DNA from: Hypanus sabinus
Taxonomy: Eukaryota
Direction of reading: 5' to 3'
Length of the DNA stretch: 64,000 nt
NCBI RefSeq assembly: GCF_030144855.1
Contig: NC_082722.1
Coordinates: 1,550,001-1,614,000, forward strand
Part shown: positions 50,801 through 62,699 of the stretch, piece by piece
How the letters are laid out: each line of letters opens with the position of its first letter
Position numbering within the stretch: the first letter of the stretch is position 1
Made by a program: the position numbers and the translations under genes
Notes under the pieces: model-generated
What the model was told of the DNA's origin: nothing
Databases searched by the model: none
Seen by the model: only the letters and a program-made list of their open reading frames with translations

Positions 50801-51619
50801 TACTGGAAGACAGTGATGAGAGATCTCCCATTCTATCCCATCTCTACTGCAAGCGTGCAGAATGTGACTGCATACGCCCCCATCATCCTTCGGCCTTGGC
50901 GCAAGTCTAGGAGTTGATGGGCAGCCTACCGACTCCGTACTGGAAGGTCAAAACCATCCTTAATTCTGCGGCAAAATTCCAGAATGACTGGGCTGCGGGG
51001 TGTCTCTTCTGAGTGAAGGTCCTTCTAGGAGATTGACCATGTACGCCAGTTTTCATGCATCAACCAGACAAGGCTTGGGATGTCTGCTCACATTGGGTAA
51101 TAAAATTCCTGCAGTCATCGGGATCACTAGAGTATCTGTCCAGTGGTGGAATACTTGGTCCTGTATGCATGCAGGAGTCTGTGATGGTCCAAAAACGGAA
51201 GTCATTTCTGGACCTGGCGCAGCAGAAGGAGCAGTCACGGCACAGGTGGCCGGAGCCGCAGAAAAAGAGGATCTGCGAGATGCTGGGAGTGAGACTGAGG
51301 TGGCTGGAGACTTCTGAATTGCTTTGGCGAGAGAGCTAATTATTGTCTGCTGACGCTGGCTGTTCGCAGTGAGTCCGTGGGCGGCGGCGGTGACAGCTGA
51401 AATTGCAGGCACCTGACCCCAATTGATCGCAGTGAGCTGTTGAACAATTGCTGCGAGGGATGATACGTGTTCATGCACATAAGACTAGGCTTTTCGGCAT
51501 GAACTGATCTGCCCCATTGCTTCAGTAACTTCTTTCAGAACAAATTTAATTGCCTGTAGCTTGCCCCTTACCTGACCAATGAGACTCAGGGACAAAGTCA
51601 GCTAATCTCTTTCTACTGG

Positions 51620-52185
51620 GTCCTAAATTTACAACAAATTACAGGCCTTTCCTCCCACGATACTGTGCTGACTATGTAACCTGCTCCAGAGAGTGCTTAG
51701 GATTTCCCTAGTGTATAGCCCTCTATTTTTTAAGCTCCATATACCTACTGTATCTAAGAGGCTCTTAAAAGACCCTATTGTATTCACTTTCACCACCACC
51801 GCTGGCAGTGCATTCCATGCAACCACCACTCTCTGTATGAAAAACTTACCCATGAAATCCCCTCAGTAACTATTTCCAAACACCTTAGAACTATGTGCCT
51901 CCCATGCTAGCTATTTTAGCCCTGGGAAAAAGCATGATCAATGCCCCTCATCATCTTAAACAACTCTATCAGGTCGCCTCTCATCCTCTGTCGCTCCAAG
52001 GAGAAAAGGCCAAGTACACTGTATCTGTTCTCATAAGATATGCCCTCCAATCTAGGCAACATCCTTGTACATGTTCTCTGTACTCTTTCTATAGTATCCA
52101 CTTCCTTTCTGTAGTGAGGTGACCAGAACTGGACGCAGTACTCCAAGTGGGGTCTGACCAAGGTCTTATATAGCTTGTTGTTTGA
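51620..52185 (-). mobile_element. CR1 3' fragment nested between the Gypsy 5' LTR and gag
   Basis: ORF 51916..52161 VRPHLEYCVQFWSPHYRK, followed by the CR1 3' UTR. Confidence 0.85.
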
Positions 52186-52192
52186 GACTTGT

Positions 52193-52623
52193 TGTCAGTA
52201 TATTAGGATATGGCCCAAGTGTGGAGAAAGAGAGACACCGAACCAGGTCGATAGTTCACAGACTTAAATGCGAACAATATTTTAAGGGAAAAGAAAACAA
52301 TAAACATTGGGCCAAAGAGGGCCATTAACTAAAACTCTAAAAAGGAAAACTAAATACCAATACCGCGGCCAAAAGGAATATCTAAATATAAAACGAATAA
52401 CATTAGTACTCAGTGTTAGTCAACGCAGCAGTCCACTATTCGCAGACAAGGCCGAATGCAAGCAGGCAAACATTAACAATGCTGTGCTTTACTCAAGTCT
52501 CGATGTCCAGCAGTGACAAGAAGATGGATAAATACAACAATATTGAAATAATAATTATCTGATGTGCATATTCACGAGCACAATTGCTGAAACTGTTTCA
52601 CAGTTAAGTCCGTGATTGTGACA
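52193..52623 (-). repeat. Gypsy 5' LTR
   Basis: Direct repeat of 47352-47862 with TGTCA...TGACA ends. Confidence 0.88.
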
Positions 52624-53228
52624 CAGGGGTGTGATGCTAAAAGTTAAAAAGGCACAGGCTAGACCTCACCTTGAGTATTGTGAACAGTTTTGGGCTCCTC
52701 ATCTGAGAAATGCTATGGTGACATTGGAGAGAGTTCAGAGAAGGTTCACAAGGATGATTTTGGGAACGAAAGGGTTATCAAATGAGGAACATTTGATGGA
52801 TCTGAGCTTGATGTACTTGTTAGAATTTAGAAGGATCTCTTTGAAACCTTTCGAATGTCGAAAAACCTGGACAGGGCAGATATAGAAAGGATGTTTTCCA
52901 TTATGGGAGAGTCTAGGACAAGAGGGCACAGCCTCAGGATAGAATGGCATCCATTTAAAACAGATATGCAAAGAAATTTACTTAACGAGATGGTGGTGAA
53001 TTTTTGGAATTTGTTACTACAAGCAGTAATGGATGGCAGGTCATTGGGTGTATTGAAGGCAGAAAGTGATAGGTTCTGGATTGGCAGTATCAAATGTTAT
53101 GGGGAGAAGGCTAAGGGGAAAAAAAGATCAACCATGGCGGAGCAGACTCGATGGGCCAAATGGCCCAATTCTGCTCCTATGTCTTATGATCTAAAATTGG
53201 GTTGGTAAACTAGATATCGAGCAGTGAT

Positions 53229-53530
53229 TGTCATGGTCCTGTCTGTGAAATCTGCATTCTGGTTCACGGTCTGGTCAATTCACCTTCCCTTCAGCTTTCT
53301 CCTGGACCCTTGCCTCGTTTCACCTCGCCTGGAGCCTTGCCTTCACCGCTGTCAAGTTCTACCACCGGATCAAGATAAGGAACTGTCTCAGTGTCCGCGC
53401 CTTCACTAGGTAGGTCCAGCCGTTTGCCACTACCCAGTGTTGTGAATCGTTTTTGTCCTCGCCTTCGCGAGGTAGGTCCGGCTGTCTGCTGCTACCTTGT
53501 GTTACGAACCGTCTTGTCGTATTCTGCAAG
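53229..53530 (+). mobile_element. Probable solo or truncated LTR of another Gypsy family
   Basis: Begins TGTCATGGTCC, with an internally repeated ctag/cgaggtaggtcc motif and no coding similarity; the 3' boundary is uncertain. Confidence 0.45.
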
Positions 53531-54289
53531 CCATTCTTGTTTTACAAGGCTGAGTTGCTAGCTCAACGCTCAACCCGACTTGGATTCGAAATCAAGAATC
53601 TTTGCTCCGGAATCCGGTCTTAATATTACTGTGCCACCAAGTGGGACTTTCTCTGTCCAAGGCAGAGTTAATCTAAGTGGATTTGAGTGTGCATAATGTT
53701 TTCTGAATTTTGTCACATGTTCTTATTTATCTTTGTAAATTTTCCAAATCGGATTTGGAGCAAGGCATTATGTCAAATGAATGCGTTAATCAAGGCATAG
53801 AAAAAGTGTTTATTGCCTTTGTTAGATTTTTGCTGCTAAGGTCTGTTTTCAGATTTTCTTAAGCCTTGAAGTAAACAGTTTGCTTATTAATTAATTAATC
53901 AACCAACCAATTAATTAATTAATTACTTTTTAAAGCTCTATTTTCTTTGCTTGTTGATATCCCAGTACTTACAGTATAGAGAAGAAGAATGCAACGTCAT
54001 GACAAGTTAACTCCTGGTGGAGTCGTCAGGGCGCCGTCATGACAAGCTTTTTGCACTGATCTTTTTTTTTGATGATGACATGTAGCACTCTCCAGTTTTT
54101 TTTATATGATGCGAAGTGTGCAAGGGAGCTGACTGGATTCAAACTCGGGAGCATTCTCTCCGGAGTCCAGCGCTGATGCTACTATGCCACCAGCTAGTGC
54201 ACTTACAGTATATGTTTTATATTAATCCATCGCTTGTATTGTATCCTGCTGCTTTGTTTTGTATTCTCTTAGCTCTATTGCACCTTTCT

Positions 54290-54590
54290 AGATATTTCAT
54301 GTTCTTCCCCTCTGCCATCCGATTCCTAAATGGGCATTTAATCTTTGGACACTACCTCACATTTTTAAAATATTCGGTATTTCTATTTTTGTACATTTTT
54401 AAATCTATTCAATACATGTAGTTGATTTACTTGTTTATAATAATAATAATAATAATAGTTTTTTATTTATTTTTATTATTTTTTTCTCTCTGTTAGGTTC
54501 TGTATGACATTGAACTGCTGCTGCTAAGTTACCAATTTTCACGTCACATGCTGGTGATAATAAACCTGATTCTGATTCTGAATCTGATTT
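54290..54590 (+). mobile_element. Rex1/Babar-type LINE 3' end
   Basis: FFPSAIRFLNGH plus a 3' UTR ending ataaacctgattctgattctgaatctga; homologous to 11850-12094. Confidence 0.8.
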
Positions 54591-54845
54591 ATCCAGTCCA
54601 AAGTTCATGTTTATGTCTTTAAAAAATAGTTGAGTCAAGTATTTTGGCTTTACTGATGAAGGGAGTTATAATTTCAAATCGTCCCTGTATAGAAGGCGTA
54701 TCACGGTATAATTCATTTGGTTGTTTCTAACTTGATACCCAATTTTCACCCGATTCAGTATATTACAAAGCGGGTTTAAATCTGGACAAACCATGGTGGG
54801 TTCAGAGAGGTGGCATGGAAAATGCCTTCGTTTATTTTGGCAACG
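54590..54845 (-). mobile_element. Dong/R4-clade non-LTR retrotransposon RT fragment
   Basis: EGIFHATSLNPPWF, LNPLCNILNRVKIGYQ, LLYRDDLKL and KDINMNFGLDK. Confidence 0.65.
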
Positions 54846-55806
54846 GTGTTTGCAATTTTGGTTATCAGTAAGACTATAGGGCATAGGAGCAGAATACGGC
54901 CATTCAGCCCACAGAGTCTAAGCCGCCATTCCATCATGGCTTAACACATAACTTTCGATGCCCTGACCGATCAGGAAACTATCAACGTCTGCCTTAACTA
55001 AATCCACAGACTTGGCCTCCACAGAAGTCTGTGACAAAGCATTCCATAGATTCACTACTCTCTGGTTAAAAGAAAACCTTCTTACCTCTGTTCTAAAAGG
55101 CTGCCCCTCAGTTTTAAGTCTGTGCTCTCTGGTACTGGATAGCCTTATTATAGGAAACATCCTCTCCATATCCTCCCTATGTAGTCCTTTCTATATTTGG
55201 TAGGTTTCAATGAGATCCCTCCCTCCGCATTCTTCTAAATTCCAGTGAATGCTGGCCTAAAGCTACCAAAAGCTCCCCATATGTTAACCCCTTAATTCCC
55301 AGAATCATCCCTGTGAACCTCCTCTGGACTCTCTCCTGACGATGCATCATTTCCGAAATACGGGGCCCAAAACAGTTGACAATACTCCAAGTGCGGCCTG
55401 ATAAGTGTCTTATAGAACCTCAGCATTATTTCCTTCCTTTTATATTCTATTCCACTTGAAATAAGTGACAACATTGCATTTGCTTTCTTTATCACAGACT
55501 CAATCTGTAACCAAAACTTCTGGGAGTCTTGCATGAGAACTCCTAAGACCATCTGCACTTCTGATATTTGAAACTTCTCCTCAGTTAGATAATATTAAAC
55601 ACTATTGTTCCCTTTAGCAACATGAATGATCATACATTTCCAAATACTGTATTCCATCTGCCACTTTTTTGCCTATTTTTCTAATTTGTACAAGTCCTTC
55701 TACAATCAGATTGCTTCCTCAACAATACCTTCCCACCTAGCTAACTTCATATCATTCCCACACTTTGCCACAAAACCATCAGTTCCTTATCCAAATCACT
55801 GACAGA

Positions 55807-56018
55807 TTTCCAATTTTTTTTAATGATTGCTATGAGGAGTTGTAGTTTTTTTTGACCATTGGGTATATAAGAGCATAATATTTTACCTATTTGATTTTGA
55901 CATTATATATTCTGTTTTTATTATTGCCGTTTATATGTCTTTTATACTGTTTGCTAAACTCCTCCTCTGATTTGCATGTTCTTTATTTGAAAATCAATAA
56001 AAAGATTGAAAAATGAAA
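55807..56018 (+). mobile_element. L1/Tx1-like 3' end insertion with TSD
   Basis: 7-bp TSD tgacaga (55800-55806, 56019-56025); T-rich body ending aatcaataaaaagattgaaaaatgaaa. Confidence 0.65.
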
Positions 56019-57659
56019 TGACAGACAATGTGAAAAATTGTGGTCCCTATACTAACCCCTAATGAACACCATTAGTCACTGGCAGCCAAACAGAAAAGGC
56101 CCCCTTTATCCCATTCACTGCCTCCTACCTGTCAACTATTCATCTGTCCATGCCAGTATTGTTCCTGTAACGCCAAAGGATTTATCTTATTAGGCAGCCT
56201 CATGTGCGGCACCTTATCAAATGCTTTCTTATAGCCCTAGTAAATGACATCCACTGCCTGTCCCTGCTTGTTACTTCCTTGAAGAACTCTAACTGATTTG
56301 TCAGGCAAGACTTCCCCTCACAGAAACCATGCTGACTTCGAGTTATTTTATCATTAGTCTCCAAGTACTCTGAAGCATCATCCTTAATCACAGACTCCAA
56401 CACTTTCCCAAGCACTGAGCTAAGGTTAACTGGCTTACGATTTCCTTTCTTTTGCTTTCCTCCCGTCTTAAAGGCTGGAGAGGCATTTGCAATGTTCCAG
56501 TCCTCCTGGACCATGCCAGAATCAAGATACTCTTGAAAGATCATGACCAATGCATCTGTTATCTCTTTAGCAAGCTTCATCAGGATTCTGGGATGTAGTC
56601 CATCTGATTCAGGTGACTTATCCAATTGAAGACATTTGGGTTTGCCTAGTACTTTTTCCTTTGTAATAGCAATGACACCTTCTCCTGTTCCCTGATATTC
56701 ATAGACCCCGCACACTGCTAGTGTCTTCCACAGTGAAGACTGATGCAATGTATCCCTTTTGTTCATCTGCCAGTTCTTTTCCTCCAATTATTACCTCACC
56801 AGCATCCTTTTCCAGTGGTCCAATATCAACATTCCCTTCCCCTGTGCTCTTTAAAGTACTGAAAAAATCCTTTTAGCATCCTGCTTTATATTACTGGCTA
56901 GTTTGCCCTCATGTTTCATTTTTTTCTCTTCTTACAGGTTTTCTGTTGCCTTTTGTTGGATTATAAAAGCTTCCCGATCATCGAACTTTCCACTCACATT
57001 GCTACCTTATATGTCATTTCCTTGATTTTATACAGTCCTTAAATTCCTTCGAAATCTGCTTCTTCTATGGGACATATTTATCATGTGCCTTTTGAACTAT
57101 TCCCAGCAAATTCAGCCATCCCTGTTCTGCCATTATCCCTGCCATCCTCCACCTCCAATCCACCTTGGAAGCTCCTCTCACACCTTTATTCCATTGTAAT
57201 ACTGATACATGTGATTTATGCTTCTCCCTCTCAAATTGCAGTATGAATTTAACCATATTATGATCACCACCCGAAGGGTTCCTTTACATTAAGCTCCATC
57301 CGATCTAAGACAGCCTTTTCCCTGGTAGGTTCAAGAACAATCTGCTCTATAAAAGCCAACTTGTAGGCATTCAACAATTCCCTCTCTTGCGATGTGGCAC
57401 CAGCCTGATTTTTCAATTCCCTTGTATGTTGACATCCGGCTTTACAATTATGTCATTATCCTTATTACATGGCGTAATAAGGATAATGACAAACTCCCTT
57501 TGCAATCTCAGTATCTCATCTTGGTTCCTATAATGTGTTTTTTTAACCCTTGTATTTTCTTGACTCCACCACAAGATTCAACATTCTCGGACCCTATCTT
57601 ACCACTTTCTAAAGATATAATTCCATCTCTTATTAACAGAACCATATCACCGTCTACGC

Positions 57660-57975
57660 CTTCCTGGTGGAACACAGCAGGCCAGGCAGCATCTATAGGA
57701 AGAAGGACAGTCGATGTTTCGGGCCGAGACCCTTCGTCAGGACTAAGTGAAAGAAGAGGTAGTAAGAGATTTCAAAGTGAGAAGGGGAGGGGGAGATCCG
57801 AAATGATAGGAGAAGACAGGAGGGAGTGGGGTGAAGCTAAGAGCTGGAAAGTTGATTGGCAAAAGGGATATAGAGCTGGAGAAGGGAAAGGATCATGGGA
57901 CGGGAGGCCTCGAGAGAAAGAAAGGGGGAGGGGAGCACCAGAGGAGGATGGAGAACAGGCAAAGACCTCCCACAG
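57660..57975 (-). mobile_element. Penelope pLTR-derived element with hammerhead motif (57709-57745)
   Basis: Minus strand TAGTC-CTGACGA-A-GGGT-CTCG-GCCC-GAAA-CATC-GACTG; core and stem II intact, stem III ACGT changed to ACAT. Confidence 0.8.
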
Positions 57976-59189
57976 TAACTCCTTGCCTGCTCTCCATCTT
58001 CCTCTGGTGCAGTCTGTGGCAGAGCATTCCACAGATTCACCACCCTCTGGCTTAAAAAATTCTCCTTATCTCTGTTCTAAAAGGTCACCCCTCAATTTAG
58101 AGGCTGTGCTGTCTAGTTCTGGACACCCCCAGCAGTGGAAACATCTTCTTCACATTCACCTTATCTAGTCCGTACAGCATTCGGTAGCTATCAATAAGAT
58201 CTCCCCGCGTTAATGTAAATACCAGTGAATACAGGCCCAAAGCTGCCAAACGCTCCTTATATGTTAACTCCTTCACTGCTGAAATTATCCTTGTGAACCT
58301 CTACTGGATTTTCTCCAATGGCAACACATCCGTTCTGTGATCTGGGGCCCAAAACTTTTGACAATACTCTAAGTGCCGCCTGACTAATGTCTTTTAAAGC
58401 TAAGCATTATGTCCTAGCTTTTATATTCTATTCCTCTTTAAATAACTGCCAAAATGGCCTTCTTTGCCACAGACTGAACCTGTGAATAAACCTTCTCAGA
58501 ATCTTGCACGAGGACCCCTAAGTCCCTTTGCACCTTTGATGGTTGAATTTACTCCCCAGTTAGATAACAGTCTGCACTTTTTTTTTGCCAAAATGCATTA
58601 TCGTACATTTCCAAACACTGTATTCCATCTGCCACTTTTTTGCCCATTTCCCCAATTTGTCTAAGTTCTGCTGCAATCGCATTGCTTCCTCACCACCACC
58701 TACCTCTCCACTTATCTTTGTATCATCCACAAAGTCATCAGTTCTATTAACCAAATCACTGCAAAGCAATGTGAAAAGTATCGATCCAAATACTGACTCC
58801 TGAGTAACACCACCAGACACTAGCAGCAAACCAGAAAATACCCCCTTTATCTGCACTCGCTTCCTCCTGCCTTCCGGCCATTCCTATATCCATGCCAGTA
58901 TCTTTCCTGTAACACCATAGGATTTTATTTTGTCACGCAGCCTCACGTGAGGCACCTTAACAAATACATTCTGAAAATCTAAATAAATGACATCTACTAC
59001 CTCTCCGTTCTCAAATCTGCTCGTTGCATCTCCAGGAATTCTAACAAATTTGTTGGGCAACATTTCCCTTCACCGAAACCATGTTGACTTTGACTTACTT
59101 TGTAATTTGTCTTCAAGTACCCTGAAAGGCCATACTTAATAATGGAGTCTAACTCTTTCCCAGCCACTGAGGTTAGGCTAAGTACTCCT

Positions 59190-60020
59190 TAAGTAATCCT
59201 GTTTGAGTACTGTTGTGGGAGGGGGGAAGAGGCTACCTGGGGAAGCAACAGTGGCTGTGCCTCTGGCACAGAGTCCGGCCCTGAGGCTCAGAAGGGTCGG
59301 GAAAGGAAGAGAGTGGCAGTAATGATAGGCAACTCTATAGTTAGGGGGTCAGACAGACGATTCATTGGATGCAAGAAAGAAACTCAGATGTTAGTTTGCC
59401 TCCCAGGTGCCAGGGTTCGGGAAGTTTCAGATCACACCAACGATATCCTGCAGTGTGAGGGAGAACAGCCAGAGGTCGTTGTACATATTGGTACCAATGA
59501 CACAGATAGGAAAAGGGAAGAGGTCTTGAAAACAGACTACAGGGAAGGAAGTTGAGAAGAGGACCACAAAGGTAGTAATCTCGGGATTACTGCTTATGCC
59601 ATGTGACTGTGAGTATAGGAATAGGATGCGGTGGAGGATAAATGCATGACTGAGGGATTGGAGCAGGGAACAGGGATTCAGATTTCTGGATCATTGGGTC
59701 CTCTTTTGGGGCAGGTGTGACCTGTACAAAAAGGACGGGTTGCATTTGAATCCCAGGGGGACCAATATCCTGGTGGGGAGGTTTGTTAAGGCTACTGGGG
59801 AGAGTTTAAACTACGTTTGTAGAATTGTTGGGGGGTGGGAACAGAACTGAAGAGACTGGGGAAGAGGTGGCTGGCTCACTAATAGAGAAAGCTTGGAGAC
59901 AGTGTGTGAGGGAGAATAGGCAGGTGGTAGAGAAAAGACGTGCTCAGACCGACGGTTTAATGCAAGGAGTATTGTGAACAAAGCGGATGAGCTTAGAGCT
60001 TGGATCAGTACATGTAGCTG
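59190..60020 (+). mobile_element. CR1 ORF1 esterase fragment
   Basis: IGNSIVRGSDRRF and VVVHIGTND. Confidence 0.85.
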
Positions 60021-60039
60021 TGTAGAACGCTATTATGGA

Positions 60040-60250
60040 TTGTCCCATCTTTAACAATGGGTCCGTTGTAAAATTATTCGTGGTAGTCTGACTCTAAAAT
60101 TGGATCAGGCTCGTATTTATAGTAAGGTATGATTTCTTTTATGAGTTTGTATTTTAAAGCACATTTTGGCGATGATACTTGCCACTTGATTGTGCTTGTG
60201 TAACTGATCAGATTGTTAAACAGCTGAGGGATCCTGCAGCATGTTAGGTT
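60040..60250 (-). mobile_element. Dong/R4-clade C-terminal (pre-RLE) fragment
   Basis: ALKYKLIKEIIPYYKYEPDPILESDY resembles the R4/Dong segment before the NRPD restriction-like endonuclease. Confidence 0.55.
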
Positions 60251-60709
60251 GCTTTTGGCTTTTCTCGGCATTTTCTACATCTATCATCTTGACTTCATTG
60301 GTCTTTTATTATGTAGTTTTGATTTTTTTGTATTAACTATCTGTTCTGCTGTTCCTGGATTTATTATTATCATTATTATTTTACATATATCTTTCTTTTT
60401 GGCATTTGCACATTTTGTTGTCTTTGCACACTGGTGTTCCATTCTGTTGGTGCGGTCTTTCATTGATCCTACTACATTTGTTGGACTTATTGAGTATGCC
60501 TGCCTGCAAGGAAATGAATCTCAGGGTTGCATATGGTGTCATGCACGCACTTCGATAATAAACTTGTTTTGAAATTTGATCCTATGGTAAACATAGTTGA
60601 TAAGAGCCTGGAAGACCGCTGGGTAGTTGACTAAATCCATCCTATTGTCTGATGTTCTCTATACTGGTGACCAGCGTTGATGGTAGTCACACCTTGTTCA
60701 ATCCCTTCC

Positions 60710-61550
60710 CACCTATGTTCGTGACACTTCTCACGCTTTGAATTTTTTCAATTATTTTAAGTTCCCTTGCCCCCACCGCCTTATTTTCACCATGGACGTC
60801 CAGTCCCTATATACCTCCATCCCCCACCAGGAAGCTCTCAAAGCTCTCCGCTTCTTTTTGGATTCCAGACCTAACCAATTCCCCTTTACCACCACTCTCC
60901 TCCGTCTAGCGTAATTAGTTCTTACTCTCAATAATTTCTCCTTTGGCCCCTCCCACTTCCTCCAAGCCAAAGGTGTAGCCATGGGCACCCGCATGGGTCC
61001 CAGTTATGCCTGCCTTTTTGCTGGCTTTGTGGAACAGTCCATGTTCCAAGTCTATACGGGTATCCGTCCCACTCTTTTGGCATGAACATTGACTTCTTTA
61101 TCTTTCGTTAATGCCCCTCCTCCCCTTCTTACCCCATCTCCGATATATTTAGTTTTCTTTTTCCCCCTCCCTTTTTTTCTTTATCTCTTTGCCCCTCACT
61201 CTGCCTGTTCTCCATCTCCCTCTGGTGCTTCCCTCTGCCTTTCTTTCTCCCGAGGCCTCCCGTCCCATGATCCTTTCCCTTCTCCAGCTCTGTATCCCTT
61301 TTGCCAATCACCTTTCCAGCTCTTAGCTTCATCCCACCCCCTCCGGTCTTCTCCTATCATGTCGCATTTTCCCCTCTCTCACCTACTTTCAAATCTCTTA
61401 CTATCTTTCCTTTCGGTTAGTCCTGACAAAGGGTCTGGGCCTGAAACATCGACGGTGCTTCTCCTATAGATGCTGCCTGGCCTGCTGTGTTCCACCAGCA
61501 ATTTTTGTGTGTTCCTTGAATTTCCAGCATCTGCAGATTTCCTCGTGTTA
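60710..61550 (+). mobile_element. Penelope-like element: RT fragment (60710-61080) plus pLTR (61090-61550)
   Basis: FTMDVQSLYTSIP and GVAMGTRMGPSYACLF; the pLTR has a decayed hammerhead at about 61420-61455 in the sense orientation. Confidence 0.88.
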
Positions 61551-62699
61551 CAGGTTAAGGATACTGAACTGCAACATAACGACCGAGGTTCAAACCAGCC
61601 TGGCAACCACCTTCATTACAAAGTAAGTGTTCCAATGATAAATAGGAATGCAGCTCGTGAGCATAGTGATGTGGAGCATCATGCTTCTCTATCACTTTCA
61701 TTATGATTGCAGCAAGGAGAAGTCATGGCATGGATATCGAGGATCCTTGCCGATATATGATGCAATCCTGAGGTAGCACCTTCCGTGACCCTTGTTGACC
61801 CTGAAACTGTGTTTGCCATGTTGCAATTGGCTGTAGATATGGGGAGCCAATCACCAGATGTAATTAAATGTTTCAGGTGTTGCATTTTAAGATGTTAAAC
61901 ATAAGGCAAAATACAGCCATAAATGACAGGACCTCGAAAAAGAATTCTGCCGGAAGTATGACAATCCTGAAAAAGTCGCATTGAGTTAAGAATATTAATG
62001 AAAATGTTTCGTGGTTGAGTAGTTCTATTTTCAGTTCAATTCACCCCTTTACAGAATTGCAACAGAACCCTTCCTCCAAGACCCCTGTTTCTGAGAGATG
62101 ACAGATTCAATTCTGATTCTGCTCCCTTCTACACTTGGATTCATGATTAATTTTTATGGCTATTCTTCACCTTCTCAATATTTTCTGCAACCATAGGCCG
62201 TGCCAGAAAATATTGATCCAAAATTTGATGAAATTCGTAGGTAGAATTCATCTATTGGAATAGACAGAATAACAGCTATTCACCTACCAGTCGGTCCAAA
62301 GGAACCGTTTCTACACTGTAGTGCTCTATAAATTTATGACACAATTAATTAATTCCAAGATCCTATCTCATCTCTCTCAGCGGAAATCCGGTACACCCTG
62401 CACTGAAGGAGATGCATTGTCTGATGGTATTGAAGCTGCCTAACTTGAATAACCCCTGATCTGTTTCATCCTTACACTCAGATGTTCCCTCTGGGGCTGA
62501 TGATCAGACAAACAATTATTAAAATGTAAACCCTGATTCTGGGTTTCCGTAGAACACAGTGGTCCTTGCCCCACATTATGAAACTGGTACTCAATACGTT
62601 TATGGTACCACTTGTTCCACTTTTACAAATCAAGCCAGAAACGTGGCTTTGTATTGGCATTACAGCCTAGTTAGACCACGTATACTGCAATTGGAACTC

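Larger units (their letters stand above)
47352..52623 (-). mobile_element. Gypsy/Ty3 chromovirus (Sushi-like) with both LTRs, degenerate gag-pol
   Basis: LTRs TGTCA...TGACA at 47352-47862 and 52193-52623; TSD caagg/caggg; PPT ggaggtgggagc before the 3' LTR; protease IDSGA (about 50370); RT SPAAAG; RNase H; integrase HPG and WWPSM...CPIC; chromodomain YLVDWEG. Confidence 0.92.
46265..53200 (+). mobile_element. Old CR1 (46265-47351 and 52624-53200) interrupted by the Gypsy element
   Basis: The CR1 sequence ...agcgcaagg | caggggtgtgatgct... resumes across the Gypsy insertion. Confidence 0.75.
54870..59190 (-). mobile_element. Degenerate minus-strand CR1 copies with nested insertions
   Basis: ORFs 55292..55558, 56200..56787 (DKSPESDGLHP, SQHGF) and 58560..58856. 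Confidence 0.85.

Noticed and set aside
50400-51480. Domesticated gag (PEG10/RTL-like host gene)
   Set aside because: The gag is broken by stops and frameshifts and lies between two LTRs with a TSD.
61860-61965. Hydrophobic minus-strand frame (IVILPAEFFFEVLSFMAVFCLMFNILKC) as a second TM exon
   Set aside because: It contains internal Glu residues, ends in a stop without a donor, and no V or C1 exon was found nearby.
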